Origin: Eledone cirrhosa | Lineage: Eukaryota | NCBI GenBank assembly: GCA_964016885.1 | Contig: OZ024741.1 | Location: 178,808,001 to 178,872,000 of the forward strand | Reading direction: 5' to 3' | DNA: 64,000 bases | In this document: positions 44,801 through 57,300 of the stretch, piece after piece | Numbering within the stretch: the first letter of the stretch is position 1 | Layout of the letters: each line of letters opens with the position of its first letter | The notes under the pieces: generated by a model | Databases searched by the model: none | The model's input: the letters and a program-made list of their open reading frames with translations, nothing else | What the model was told of the DNA's origin: nothing | Program-made: the position numbers and the translations under genes

Positions 44801-45760
44801 TTGTGATGATAATATTTTTGATAATTATGTTAGTCTTGTGTATTATCTTTTGGTTCTGTTTGGAGTTCTGGATCTTAGGGAGGGTGTCTCGTTGCCCCAT
44901 GTCAGATTCTTTCATTTTCATCCATTCGATCATAATTTCATCCTTCAAGTTGGCAAGTTCATTCTCATTCATTTCTTTATCATTTACGATCTCATTATTT
45001 TCATTTGGAGTTTCATCCTGAGCATGCACTCCCTCCACTTTTTCGATCCTTTCTTTAATTTGTTCTGTTGCCAGTGATTCCGCCCCAACCCTGGGGTTCG
45101 AAGTGTTACAGTTTACCTCGTTTTCACTGACACATGTTTCATTTTCCCTTCGCTGACTTTGTGCTAATAGCTTGATCTGATCAATTTCTATATCAGTTAG
45201 TAACTTTTTTCTTACAATATTTCTTCGTATATTGGCTAGTTTGTTACTGTCAATATAGCCTCTGTTTTCGGGATGTTTCTTTTTCCAGTTGATATATGTC
45301 TGTTCTGTATTCGATGTATTTGATGGGTAGTACATGGCAGTGTAGAAAGCCTCGAGGACTTCTTTATTATCTTCCCGTGACCATTTTTCTCTCTTTTTCT
45401 TTGGATTTCTTGGTGGTGAGCATGGAGGGCCAACAGTAGGAGTATTCCTGTTATGGGAGGTCTCCCGCTCCGAAGTGATGGGAAGGTTTGAACCATTAGC
45501 TGATTTTTCGACCCCAGTCTGGTTCCTCTCTGAGGGACGCGGCCCTTTTTTACCCGGGTGACGGCCGATCCGGTATGAGATTTTATCATTAGACATTTAC
45601 TTTATTTTGTCGCGTTTTATCCTTATCCGCCAAGGGGTAATCATTTCGTGTTACCACTTCTAGAACAAGTGTCAACCAAGACTAGAGGGGTTCGTTCTCC
45701 CCTAGAGACACGGCTATTCCCCGCCGGCCGCCATCCCGGTATTTCTTGGTCACGGGGTTT
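41811..45760 (-). mobile_element. Near-full-length R4/Dong-clade non-LTR retrotransposon (RT, CCHC, restriction-like endonuclease), disrupted
   Basis: ORFs 43779..45596, 43454..43777 and 42223..43248 carry KSPGKD, YRPITCL, WIDYKK, GIFQGDSLSPLLF, YMDDLKL, CRVC..ETIDHIISMC and RPDIIL. The 3' end abuts (TAA)n and there are several frameshifts and stops. Confidence 0.92.
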
Positions 45761-47039
45761 TCTTTTTGTTGTTTTTTTTAAATTGTTATTATCATGAGTG
45801 GTTCCTTAATGTGAGAATTGCGTGGCTTAAGAATGAAATTATTAATAATTGTCTCCACTCCAGGCACAAGGCCAGCAATCACCCAGTGCATTACAATAAT
45901 ATAATATACTTTTTGCTGTAGTTGCCTGTTATTGTTGTTGGCTATGTCGGTGGTGGTGCCGGGGCTTTTTATATTGTTGGTGAGGAAGGGGTGAGCCAGC
46001 AGTCCCATAGTTGTTGATGTTGACGTTTGGCCGGTGGCCAGGTCACTAAGTCAATCTATTATTATTATTATTATTATCATTATTATTATTATTAATATTG
46101 TTGTTGTTGTTGTTGAGTCTTTCGAGTTGTGGTTCATATCGTTCCTGTAAGTTTGTTATAGTTTCCATTGTTACACAAAATTATACATTAAACATTTGTT
46201 ACTATTTCATAGCTCAACTAATAAGGCCCTTAGAAGGCTACTTAATTGTTCTCCATCTGTAGCCCTTATAGACTCAACCAGAGTTTGTTTATCAAGCACA
46301 CCCCCGACAATTTTTGTTTTAAAATAAAAAAAGAAAGATGGCGGCCGAGGAGTGTACGGATGAGGAGTGAAAAGAAGAGCCAACCATCCACAGAATGGAA
46401 CGGCAAAATTATAAAACTCTGTGACAGCAGCAGCAGAACCAACGACAACAACAACAACAACACAGCACGGAAAAGTATGAAACGAATTTCCCGCAGCTAA
46501 AAGTTTCAACACCGCCATCACCATCACAGGGAAAACAAAAGTAAATAATGACAACAAAGAGCAACAACAATACTAGCAAGAAGACTGTCTCCTCCACTAC
46601 CAACACCAACACCACCAAAGCCAACATCATTACCTATACCCTCACCAACACCACCGACACCACCACCATCACTTCAACAAGAAATATAACAGAAGTAAAC
46701 ATCAAGAATAACGGTAACACAGACAACAACATGAACAACAATGAAAACAATAACAATAGCAACAACAGCAGCAGCAACACGAACAAAACTTTCCCAGGGT
46801 GACTGCTAAAGCCATCCATATGTTGAATTTGCCTATTTTGAACAAAGTCACCTGTCTGGCACAAACGGTCAAACATATTAAATTGGACAAGACTAGGTCC
46901 GACATAGTCGTCCTGCCCGAAGTGTTGGCAGCAATTGCCAAAATGACGCTTAAATACAAATATATTTCGGTACAAAATAGATGGCCAGAGTCATTTCTCC
47001 CCCATGAAGTAGAAAGAACCCTGAAAATCATATTGCAGG

Positions 47040-48317
47040 ACATTCAGCACATTGGTAGTGCCAGCCGGGGTGGCAGTGCTGTTTAGGAAAGGCCTGGATC
47101 TCGAGGTACGGACGATCTTCCTGGACCCGGATGGTAAGATAGGGGTCCCGGATGTGAACTATAACAAATGTTGTGCATTTAGATTGATAGCCCCCTATGA
47201 ACCACGACTGGGCCTGAATGGTCGAATTTTGGCGGGCATCTTTAAGTCTTTCTAGGAACGTCTCCACTTTTCTGTTATCGGAGCTCGAAACGGCATCTTA
47301 AACGCACGCTAGGATTGTGTGGGAGTATCTGATAGAGGGGTGGGTGGCAAAAGTCTCAAGAACCTGATCAGGCAATTCCAACTGTCTGACAAGTACCGAC
47401 TAGATTTCCTGAATATGCCTGTGTGGACCTAAACCAATCGCATAGGCTCATCTAGATCGTATATAGATAGTAGTGTTTTCGTTAGGTTAGAAGATAGAGA
47501 TATCATAGGGTGTCCACAATTTCAAACGATCGCCTATTTAAATCCAACATTCGTGATCTGCATGGTCATCCTAGATGGAACATCGGATTAGCTCTTTAGT
47601 TCAGCGAAGGTTGACAGGAGCAGTCGCCAACAACAAGTTATTGTAGAGCTTTCAAGAGAGCGATTTTAGTAGAATCGGTAGCATTTACTAAAGAAGTATC
47701 GATAGAAAATGTAGAAAGGAGGAAAAGCTGGTTGGTAAATTAGAAGAGGTGATTAGAAGAGGCATTGCAACCGATGTGCTAGCTGTGAGAATGGCACTAG
47801 ACCATTTCTTCAATGTAAAACATGATAGTTGCATTGTTAGAGCTAGGAAACGAGGGAAAGAAAACTGCTCTATGGGCCCGAGTGGCAGAGGCGCAGCGTG
47901 ACAACAATTTGGTTTTTGACGGAAGAGGAGCGCATTGTGGTTGATTCCAAGCAGATGTGTGCAATGTGTACGACTGTTCGGGAAGAGTGGGGTCAGAAAC
48001 GGTGGCGGACTTCAGTTCCTACCTCAACGGCTTCCCGCGACCCTCCCAACCGATGCTGTGTGCTGAAAAAGGCTAATAACACTAAGCGAAATTCGGGATT
48101 CCCTGATCGGTTGCACGAGTTGCAAGTTAGCCAGTTTGGATGGTCTACCCTACGAGTTTTATGTAGACAAGCCGAACATATTCTCCGATTCCCTTCGAGC
48201 TGTCTATTGCAACTGGCAGCAGAACGGAAGAATTCCCAGCTGTGTGAGTCGAGGCGTAGTAACGCTGATGAGGAAACACGAGACCAAGAGAGTTGTTTTG
48301 TATGACTGCTAAACACT

Positions 48318-48396
<79 letters not shown>

Positions 48397-50020
48397 CCCT
48401 CAAGGTAGGCCGCTTCGGTCCTGTCATCTGAGGCTGGTTCGTTGCACTGGGCAGCGGCATCGGCTCGGAGGTCAAAGTTAATATCCATCTATCGAAACCA
48501 TTCCAGATCATGCGCTCAGTCCGTTAAGGGTGCCCTCTCTCCTCCCTTATATGCCTACTGACTCTAGAGCTACTACTGTGGAAGCTGGAGCTGTTACAGG
48601 ACACCCCACTTGAACTGGGACGTGTTAGGTGCGCTGGCATATGAGGACGACATCAGCGTAATTGTATCGAACACCTAGGAAGTCGGGGTGATCGGCAACC
48701 TCTTAGAGGAATATGAAATATTCGCGGGAACAAAGATCAACCCGAAATTTCTTGAGTTTGCAGCTCAGCACCTGGTGAAGAAAATCTATGCCATTCAACA
48801 GCGTGTTCAGACGCTAGACGGACGGCCCGGTTGCTCGGGGTTTGGTTTGGGCCAGACCTGCAAATGGACAGAAATGGGCCGAGAGAAAGCTAATCCTGAA
48901 AGGCCGGGAGGAGGTGTTGAATGCGTAAATCACATCCGTTATCTATTAACACCTCACCGTCGTGCCGTGTCCCTGTTCATGCCTCACCAACTTGGAGCGC
49001 CTGCTCTTCAACATTTTGTGAAAGGGACAGGTTCCCATAGTGAGAGGGTCCATCTCTTTCTCTTACTTGACGGAGGGCAGTGCCTGCCGTCACTGATAAT
49101 GGACAAACATGCGCTGAAGCTACGGCATCTCCAGATATTCCTAAATGGTGAACCGGTGTGGTGGCCTTTTGTCAAATAGATCTTTTCGTAGCTCATCACT
49201 ATGACTGATCTGCAGTCGAGTGTCAAGCGATGACTGGGTGCCTGGCATCTGTAACATTGTCAATTGCCAACAGCCCTCTACCAGGCTGGCAATGCCATCA
49301 GTGGAAATTACACTGTAGCGTTCTATAGAGGGCTAGTGGTTGGCAAGTAAGACAACATTCTTGGTGAGGCTTTGGGTGTTGACGAACTCGAACTGACCAG
49401 TCTGTTCCGGAGAGCCTTCGAGCTGGAGACTATTGACAACTTCCAGAATTCCCTGACTTGGCAGTGTTACCAAGGGGTGCTACCTGTTTGAGACAAACTC
49501 TACAGGCACGAAAGTGCTGTCAGGCGGACATGTACGAGATGCCCACAGAGCGACGAAAGCGTTCTGCACGTACTCGTCCAGCGTCCGTGCATTACTGACT
49601 TGTGAAGTTTTGTCGAATAATACTGAAAGGAAGGAAGATAGATTCTCTCGTCTTCGGCCAATTCCTCATCAACGTTTCTTGTTCCACTTGGAAAGGAAAA
49701 TGAGGGGTGAGAGGAAAGTCCTTCCCCTCAGTACATTTGTTAAAAGATGGGTGAATATAGCGAGGATGAGGATGGCCCAAATGAATGGGCCTACCCTGAC
49801 AATGCGCCTGAGGCTGGAGAGTTTAGGGGGGAGAGATGCACCGTCATATGGTACTCTTGGAGGGTAGGGTAGTTTAGGATCTGTGGGGTTCCTAAGTTAC
49901 CCCTGGGTATTGCTCCCTGCTATTGGGAAATGTTAATTGTTATAATTGTATTGCTTAATGTTATCTGTTATCATCTTTTTACGCGTTTTTTGTAAATTCT
50001 CACTGACCCAACAACGAAAT
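47040..50020 (+). mobile_element. Degenerate Tx1/L1-like LINE ORF2 (APE, RT, C-terminus)
   Basis: AGVAVLFRKGLD (APE), LLNTD, ALAYEDDISV (YADD-like), KHALKLRHL..GEPVW, DNFQNSLTWQCY and KRWVNIARM align with 58190..59230. Confidence 0.8.
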
Positions 50021-50066
50021 AATAATAATAGTAATAATAGTAAGTATCATTATTGTTAGTGACTTG

Positions 50067-50625
50067 GCGGTGAATTGGCAGTATCGGTAGAGGGTCGGAC
50101 ATGTTTTCCAGCATAGTTACGTCCCTTTACGATCTGAGTTCAAATCCTGCCGAGGTTAACTTTGCCTTTTATCATTACGGGGTCGATAAAATAAAGTACC
50201 AGTAATGTACTGGGTAATTGCTGGCCCTGTGCCTAAAACTAGAAACAATTATTGTTAGTGACTTGGGCTGGCGAGTTTGTTAGAGCGTTGGCTAAATGAT
50301 TAGCAGTGTTTTCCAGCTCTTTACGTTCTGTGTTCAAATCTTACTTCAATTAACTTTCAGCCTTCAGAGGTCGATGAAATAAAGTTCCAGTCAATTACTG
50401 GAGTCGATATAAACTACTTTCCACTCCCCTAAAGGCTGGACTTGTAACTATATTAGATATCATTCTGTTTATTTAAGCCTGTCTACGTTCTGTGTTCAAA
50501 CTCCGTCTAGGTCAGTTTTGCCTTTTATCTTCCCGGGGTCAATAAAATAAAGTACCAATTGACTACTGCAGACTATATAATCGACTTTTCTCTTCCCCCA
50601 AATTGCAGGCCTTGCGTCAATATTA
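50067..50625 (+). mobile_element. Three head-to-tail SINE copies
   Basis: The family core occurs three times. ATTATTGTTAGTGACTTGG is duplicated around the first copy (TSD-like). Confidence 0.8.
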
Positions 50626-51792
50626 GGGTAAATGTTCGGTAATGTTTTCTGGCAATTCGTTACGGTCCTGTAGGTTCTGAATTCATTAAAACATCGACGT
50701 TTTGCATATCAAAAATATATATATATTAAGGTAGATTTGGCTGATATTTCTAACAAATTGAGCTACCACATAAAGCGGCTTCCTTGTTGTCACTTAGTAT
50801 TTCGCTCGTAATTATATTTGCTGTATAATTCTTTGTCAGGCAAGTAAAAAAGAAAAGAAAATCATCGGCGTTTTGTATATAAAGGATACATATTGTCCGG
50901 CGACTGGTGTGAGGGAGGTTTGGTTGCATTTTTAACAAATTGAACAACCATATAGACGTTTTGTTGCTATTGTTGTTGAGTCTTACTGCGCTCATATTTA
51001 CATTTGGTTTTTAATTTTAAGAATGAATCTCGACCCAATAAGAAAATATCAGCATTTTGTTTATCATGGATATATATTCTTCAGCGATTGATATGTTGGA
51101 GAGTTGGCAGGTATTTTTTTCAAATCGAGCTACTGTATTGAGGCATCATCGTTGTTAGTTCTTATTGCGCTCATATTTACATTTGGTTTATAATACTATA
51201 AATAGTAAATCTCTTCCAAGTAAAAAGAAAAGTAAATGACGTTTCATATAGCAATGTGTATTATATCCTATTCGATTCCTGGACCAGGGGAAGCGTTATG
51301 TCCTTGAGCAAGACACTTTATTTCACGTTGCTCCTTCTGCCTGTAGTTGCGACCGATAGATAGTATAAGCAATCAGAAAGACCAACGGGAACATTGTTTC
51401 TTCGGTCCGATTTGACGAAAGTCGATCGTTCATTTATTATATCCTATCATTTCACGGATTTCATAAAAGTAAAGGAATGAATGAATTCAAAATTTTCTAA
51501 GGGGATAAATATCGTGTTACCAATTCCAGTGATAATTTTCTTAAACATTCTGCTATTATTATTTCATTCATTCTGTTTTCGCTCCTCGCTTCATTCTCAT
51601 CGTTGTTGTTTTGCAATGATCTCCTGTGTAGGGAATATATTTTTTATCGAAATATGCGGCATAACGCTAGGTTGTGTTATTCGTAGGATAAAGAGTAACG
51701 TATCCGGTTTCTTCCGTACACGACTGATAGATATAAACATCAATATGTAGCTTATAGTATTTATTGACATTAGTTGACTAATATTGTATGTC

Positions 51793-51890
<98 letters not shown>

Positions 51891-51931
51891 CGAAACATAA
51901 GTCAATTGCATGAACTCATAATCCTTTATTT

Positions 51932-51987
51932 ACTGCTATATATATTTCGATGATAGCCATTGAATGGCTATGACCTCATCAGGCAGT
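51932..51987 (-). ncRNA. Minimal type-I hammerhead ribozyme, intact core
   Basis: actgc CTGATGA ggtcatagccat tca atggctatcatc GAAAT atat ATA gcagt. Stem I is 5 bp, stem II pairs at 11 of 12 positions, loop III is palindromic and the triplet is AUA. It lies in a 160-bp island between (TA)n tracts. Confidence 0.82.
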
Positions 51988-52041
51988 TAGTCAGTTCTTA
52001 GATATGCCAGCTCTGTGTTTATGGTGTTGATGGTATCAGAG

Positions 52042-52087
<46 letters not shown>

Positions 52088-52095
<8 letters not shown>

Positions 52096-52442
52096 GACGT
52101 AAAATAAGAAAATTTTCAAAATTAAAATTATTATTTTTATATGAGTTCCTAGTGTCCGCGCATCGCCTGGGGACTTAGCTGAGAATAGACTCCCTGATGA
52201 CGTAATGAATTCTCGATAGTTACATTGCGTAACTATATTTATCCCATTACAGAAACTAATTAGTTGGAGTGAAAATTTTAGTAAGTAAGTTAATTTTTAA
52301 TTTTTAAAATTTTCTTATTTTACGTCTTTCATATAATTGTTCTGCATCCCCCTGCATAGAACCACCTAGGTACTATGACATAACTTATGTATTTGCTAGC
52401 ATTAGTGTACATCTGTACGCATGTGTTGGTAAATATACTAAT

Positions 52443-52445
<3 letters not shown>
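52088..52445 (+). mobile_element. Fold-back + tail element containing a hammerhead-like core at 52189-52270
   Basis: IR 52088-52130 vs 52291-52335. Core reads actcc CTGATGA cgtaatg...cattaca GAAAC taatta GTT ggagt. The tail runs to (TA)n. Confidence 0.7.
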
Positions 52446-52494
<49 letters not shown>

Positions 52495-52495
<1 letters not shown>

Positions 52496-53243
52496 GTTGA
52501 TCGAATCGTTAGTGTCGGACAAAATACTTTGTAATATTGCGTTATAGCCCTTTACATTCTGAGTTCAAATCCCGCCGAGGTCATCTTTACCATTCGTCCC
52601 TCCGAGGTCAACAATTACAGTAAAAATACTGAAGTTGATTGAATCGACACTCACATCTCTCAAAATTAACTACCTTTGGCCTATGCAAGAAACAATATAT
52701 GTATATACATATATATATATATATGTGTATATGTATATATATATATATACGTAGGTAATTATTGTTTCTACTTTTGGCACAAGGCCAGCAATTATCCCAG
52801 TGCATTACTGGTATTTTATTTTATCGACCCCGTAAGGATGAACTGGTAAAGTTATCTTCGGCGGGATTTGAACTCAGATCATAAAGGGAGGTAACTCTCT
52901 GCTTCAAAGCATGGCGTCCGACCCTTACCCATACTGCCAATCCACCGCCCTATGTAATAATTGTTTCTACTTCAGGCACAAGGCCAGCAATTACCCAGTT
53001 CATTACTGGTACCCTATGTAATAATGGTTTCTGATTTAGGCACAAGGCGAGCAATTTTAGGCAAGGGGAAAGTCGATTAAATCGACCCCAGTGCGTTACT
53101 GGCACTTTATTTTATCGACCCCGTAACGATGAAATGGTAAAATTAACTTCGGCGGGATTTGAACTCAGATCATAAAGGGAGGTAACTCTATGCTTCAAAG
53201 CATGTCGTCCGACCCTTACCGATACTGGCAATCCACCGCCCTA
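52495..53243. mobile_element. SINE cluster (one +, two full and one partial -)
   Basis: Repeated family core, with the junction motif CCCTATGTAATAAT repeated three times. Confidence 0.85.
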
Positions 53244-53340
53244 TGTAATAATGACAGTAATAAACGCCAGATATAACTTTATAACATCATTATTCATTTC
53301 ACAGACACACATATATATATATGCATGCATATATGTATAC

Positions 53341-53372
<32 letters not shown>

Positions 53373-54066
53373 ATATATATATATTCACTCTAATTTCGGT
53401 TCATCTGTGTATCCCGCTGGCTAGTGATATTTCCTAATTAATGTTCTCGCGTTGTTCTTTGAAACCTTAAATATAATTTACTTTCATTGAGCGAATAATA
53501 CATACTGACAACTAATTGAAATGAATTTAAATTGTGTTGTACTGCGCCTGCGCCGTATGGTTCGGTTATTACGGCAATATATCAATGACCATAGGTTTCT
53601 GTACACTCACTGAGTGGCAACGAAATGAATGTTAAATTTACGACATTTTCCACTTGCAAGGAGTAATTTGTATTCATGGGAAAGTATTAACTCGTTAAAC
53701 ATGTCTTATTACATTTCAAGAAAAGATAAAATATTGAGCGCGTGCAATGAACCCCACATTGCGCTCCCTTTATTAAGTTATTATTAATTATCTTGCATGT
53801 CGGCACCTGAAGAAACATCATATATATACGTATTAACTTATCACCTTAAGGCCAGGTGTTGGTCGAAATTTTCAAGCATTTCCATTGAGATATATTTATA
53901 ATTCCATAGATTCACGTACGGTTATTGTGAATATTTACAGTGAATTTACATATTAAAATAAACACATTGATAGCACAAATTAATATATCGAATGAAAGGG
54001 GTAATAAATTATAGATCCTGTTTATGAATGCTTATTGTATGTGTGAATGTATATATACATATATAC

Positions 54067-54130
<64 letters not shown>

Positions 54131-54132
<2 letters not shown>

Positions 54133-54314
54133 CGAAGAAAATGTGGTAAGGAACCAGGTGGACCATAACGCACCAAAGTACTCAATACTTGAGGTAGTAG
54201 AGTGGGTAATAGGAACCAGTAAGACCCCGACAGCTGAGCTCAAGCCGTTTCGACGGCTAATTCAGAATTAGCCGTCGAAACGGCTTGAGCTCAGCTGTCG
54301 GGGTCTTACTGGTT

Positions 54315-54319
<5 letters not shown>
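54131..54319 (-). mobile_element. Fold-back + tail element, family B (perfect 55-bp arms, 1-nt spacer)
   Basis: 54209-54263 is the exact reverse complement of 54265-54319. The tail is 54131-54208 and (TA)n lies on both sides. Confidence 0.9.
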
Positions 54320-54390
<71 letters not shown>

Positions 54391-54584
54391 GCGTCCCCTA
54401 AAATTGCACACACACTTTCATTACCTGTACAGGCGATATTTATTAGAATGCTGTTGGGGGGGGGGGGACCATATATATATATATATATATATATACTATA
54501 TTAAGGTATCAGTATACATATTCAATATGTATGATGATCATGTTTCTCAATGAATAAGTTCAATGAACCTTCGTTCAGAGTATC

Positions 54585-54614
<30 letters not shown>

Positions 54615-54619
<5 letters not shown>

Positions 54620-54858
54620 AGTAAGTAAGACCCCGACGGCTGAGCTCAAGCCGTTTCGACGGCTAATTCTGTACTGAATTACTGAATTCTGTACTGAATT
54701 ACTAAATTCTGTACTGAATTCAGTACAGAATTAGCCGTCGAAACGGCTTGAGCTCAGCCGTCGGGGTCTTACTTACTCCTATTACCCACTCTACTACCCT
54801 AAGTATTGAGTACTTTGGTGCGTTATGGTCCACCTGGTTCCTTACCACTTTTCCCTCG

Positions 54859-54860
<2 letters not shown>
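54615..54860 (+). mobile_element. Fold-back + tail element, family B
   Basis: Perfect arms of about 66 bp (54615-54782) with a spacer of reiterated AATTCTGTACTGAATTACT, then tail 54783-54860. Confidence 0.9.
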
Positions 54861-54890
<30 letters not shown>

Positions 54891-54896
<6 letters not shown>

Positions 54897-55097
54897 ATAA
54901 TAAAATGTGAAGACTAAAATCCAAATAGGGCTCGATAAGGATAAATATATATCAAATATATAAGAACCGTAGAGCAAATATTTATTAAAATAACAGATTA
55001 AAGTTTAAGCAACTAATCCCTGCTTTCACCCTTAACGGGATCTTCAGCAGATCTCGTTAAGGGTGAAAGCAGCGATTCTTTGCTTAAACTTCAATCT
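54891..55097 (-). mobile_element. Fold-back + tail element, family D, with hammerhead core relic
   Basis: IR 54995-55097. The minus strand reads CTGAAGA tccc gttaa gggt GAAA. Related pieces are at 39247-39330, 22659-22770 and 24695-24805. Confidence 0.7.
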
Positions 55098-55131
55098 TAT
55101 TATACATATATATATATTATATATAATATAT

Positions 55132-55319
55132 ATAATTGTTTCTACGTTAGGCACAAGGCCATAAATTACCCAGTGCATTACTGGTACTTTATTTTATCGA
55201 CTCCTTAAGGATGAAAGGCAAAGTTAACCTCGGCGGGATTTGAACTCAGAATGGCAAGGGCCGTAACTCTATACGTCAAAGCATGGCGTCCGACCCTCTA
55301 CCAATACTGCCAATCCACA
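55132..55319 (-). mobile_element. tRNA-derived SINE (short variant)
   Basis: Family core and A/B boxes. Confidence 0.85.
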
Positions 55320-55329
55320 TAATGGCTGC

Positions 55330-56820
55330 ATCCCAGTTTTTTTTTCATACATGGGTGGCATGAACATGACTTTTAGTTTTATGGTTGGAGGTTGGTCTAT
55401 GATTAAGTTTGTAGCAGATTAGTATATCCTTGAACAGTTGACTGGTTGACTGGTCCGGTATCGTGGTTAGGAACTTATCCAATGTTTATTTATTTGTTTG
55501 TTTGTTACGAGGGTTCGCAAGATCTCTCCTATGATATATCTACATATAGAGTTTGGTGATGTGTCTGATGAAAAAGGCATGTGTCTGATGATAAAAGTCC
55601 CGTATGTCAGTTACGCTCTGGATTGTTGTGTTATCAGCGGTCAAATGGTGTGTACTCTGTATATCCCCTGCGTAAGAACCTGAAATATTCATGCATTGAA
55701 TTTCGTATTATTTACACTTGGTGAATATGGTTTAGCTCATTTTGGAAGAATCTTCTGATGTTTGGATAGCCATATATATATTTGTGTCATCGGCGTAAGT
55801 GTGTTAGTTTGGCCGAGTGTACCTGTAAGCGTATACGTGATGGGATGACGATGAATAACAATTGTTTCTACTTTTTGGCACAAGGCCAGCAATTATCTCA
55901 GTGCATTACTGGTACTTTATTTTATCGACCCTGTAAGGATGAAAGGCAAAGTTAATCTCGGTGGGATTTGAACTCAAACCGTAAAGGGCCATAACTCTAT
56001 GCTACAAAGCATAGCGTCTGACCCTCTACCGATACAGCCAATCCACCTCCCTGAATAATAATTGTTTCTACGTTAGGCACAAGTCCAGCAAATACCCAGT
56101 GCATTACTGGTACTTTATTTTATCGACCCCGTAAGGATGAAAGGCAAAGTTAACCTTGGCGGGATTTGAACTCAGAAAGGCAAGGGCCGTAACTCTATAC
56201 GTCCCTGAATAATAATGGCCATAGAACCGTACGCTGATTTATACTACTTATTACAGGTGACCTGGCAGAGAGAAATCCATTTACGGCAACATACTTATTC
56301 CTACTCTATAAGACATCCAAGCGCTATTCTTGGAATATTCCTGTAATACCAAGAAAAAAAACCTATAACAAATGATTCCATGATCAATCTTGCCTAATGC
56401 GTTAACAAAATCAAGTTATATGTATTCAGTGTATATGCAGTCTTAGGAGATTATTGAGGGGAGAAACTGATCTGTAATATTTTGCTTCATACCTGCTACA
56501 TCCTTTGTGAATAGATGTTACTGTTGCTTCTTTCAAAAGCTCTGAGAATATGCTAGTTTTTAAAGACTTTTGGAATAACATCTTTATTGGTCCGATGAGG
56601 CTGTTTTTGTACGTTTTTAACAGTATGGCTGGGAGAACATTTAGGCCTGGTGCTGAATTTGAATCAAGATCATTATTAGCTGCAAATATATCATCTTCCA
56701 TAATATTTATAATTTCTAAGAGTTTCTCCGCAGTTGAATTGTGATGATAGACAAGTTCATTTGAATTATGGACTATTTTGTTAATTATGAGTTGGGAGAA
56801 CGCACTGTTTTATTGTTGAA
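55330..56820 (-). mobile_element. CR1/Jockey-like LINE RT fragment interrupted by SINEs
   Basis: SAPGLNVLPAILLK...ATVTSIHKG..EAKYYRSVS (56426..56701), with YADD encoded at about 55786-55798 on the minus strand. Confidence 0.7.
55853..56205 (-). mobile_element. Two head-to-tail SINE copies
   Basis: The family core occurs twice, with the junction motif CCCTGAATAATAAT repeated. Confidence 0.85.
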
Positions 56821-56924
56821 TGAAACGTTTACATATATATTATGGATTATTGCTATACGATCGTGTTTCGTCCTTCACAGTCAATCTGGTTCTGAGTAGA
56901 TCAATTAGCAAAGTGGATAAAGAA

Positions 56925-57300
56925 CTTTTTTCTTCTTCTTCTTCTTCTTCTTCTTCTTCTTCTTCTTCTTCTTCTTCTTCTTCTTCTTCTGCTTCTTCTT
57001 CTTCTTTTTCTTTTTCTTTTTCTTCTTCGCCCACTTATTCCGAAGAGAGTCGTGGGGGCAGGGTCCTCAAAACATTCCTTCCAGCAGGTCCTGTTAGAAG
57101 CAACCGTTTCCAACTAATCCGGTTTCCAACTAATCCTCAAGCAAGACCAGCCACGCTCATGGATGTTATCCAATCTTCTTGCTCGGGGTCGGTCTACCCC
57201 TGGGTCTCCCGCCGGTTTGTTTTGCACGTAGAATCTGTCCAGAGATCCTTTCTTGAGACATGACATTCTAACCACATAACCATAGTATCGGGGCTGGAAT
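56925..57300 (-). mobile_element. RTE-like LINE 3' end with long (GAA)n tail
   Basis: ETVASNRTCWKEC peptide, (TTC)n at 56925-57028, and homology to 40363-40488. Confidence 0.6.

Noticed and set aside
46207-47086. Overlapping Asn/Thr-rich ORFs and a 95-aa ORF upstream of the Tx1-like element
   Set aside because: (CAA)n low complexity, and there is no recognisable ORF1 motif to support a call.
54240-54300. GTCGAAACGGCTTGA as a hammerhead in family B
   Set aside because: No CTGANGA is present and there is no NUH triplet pairing with GAAAC, so only the architecture is claimed.
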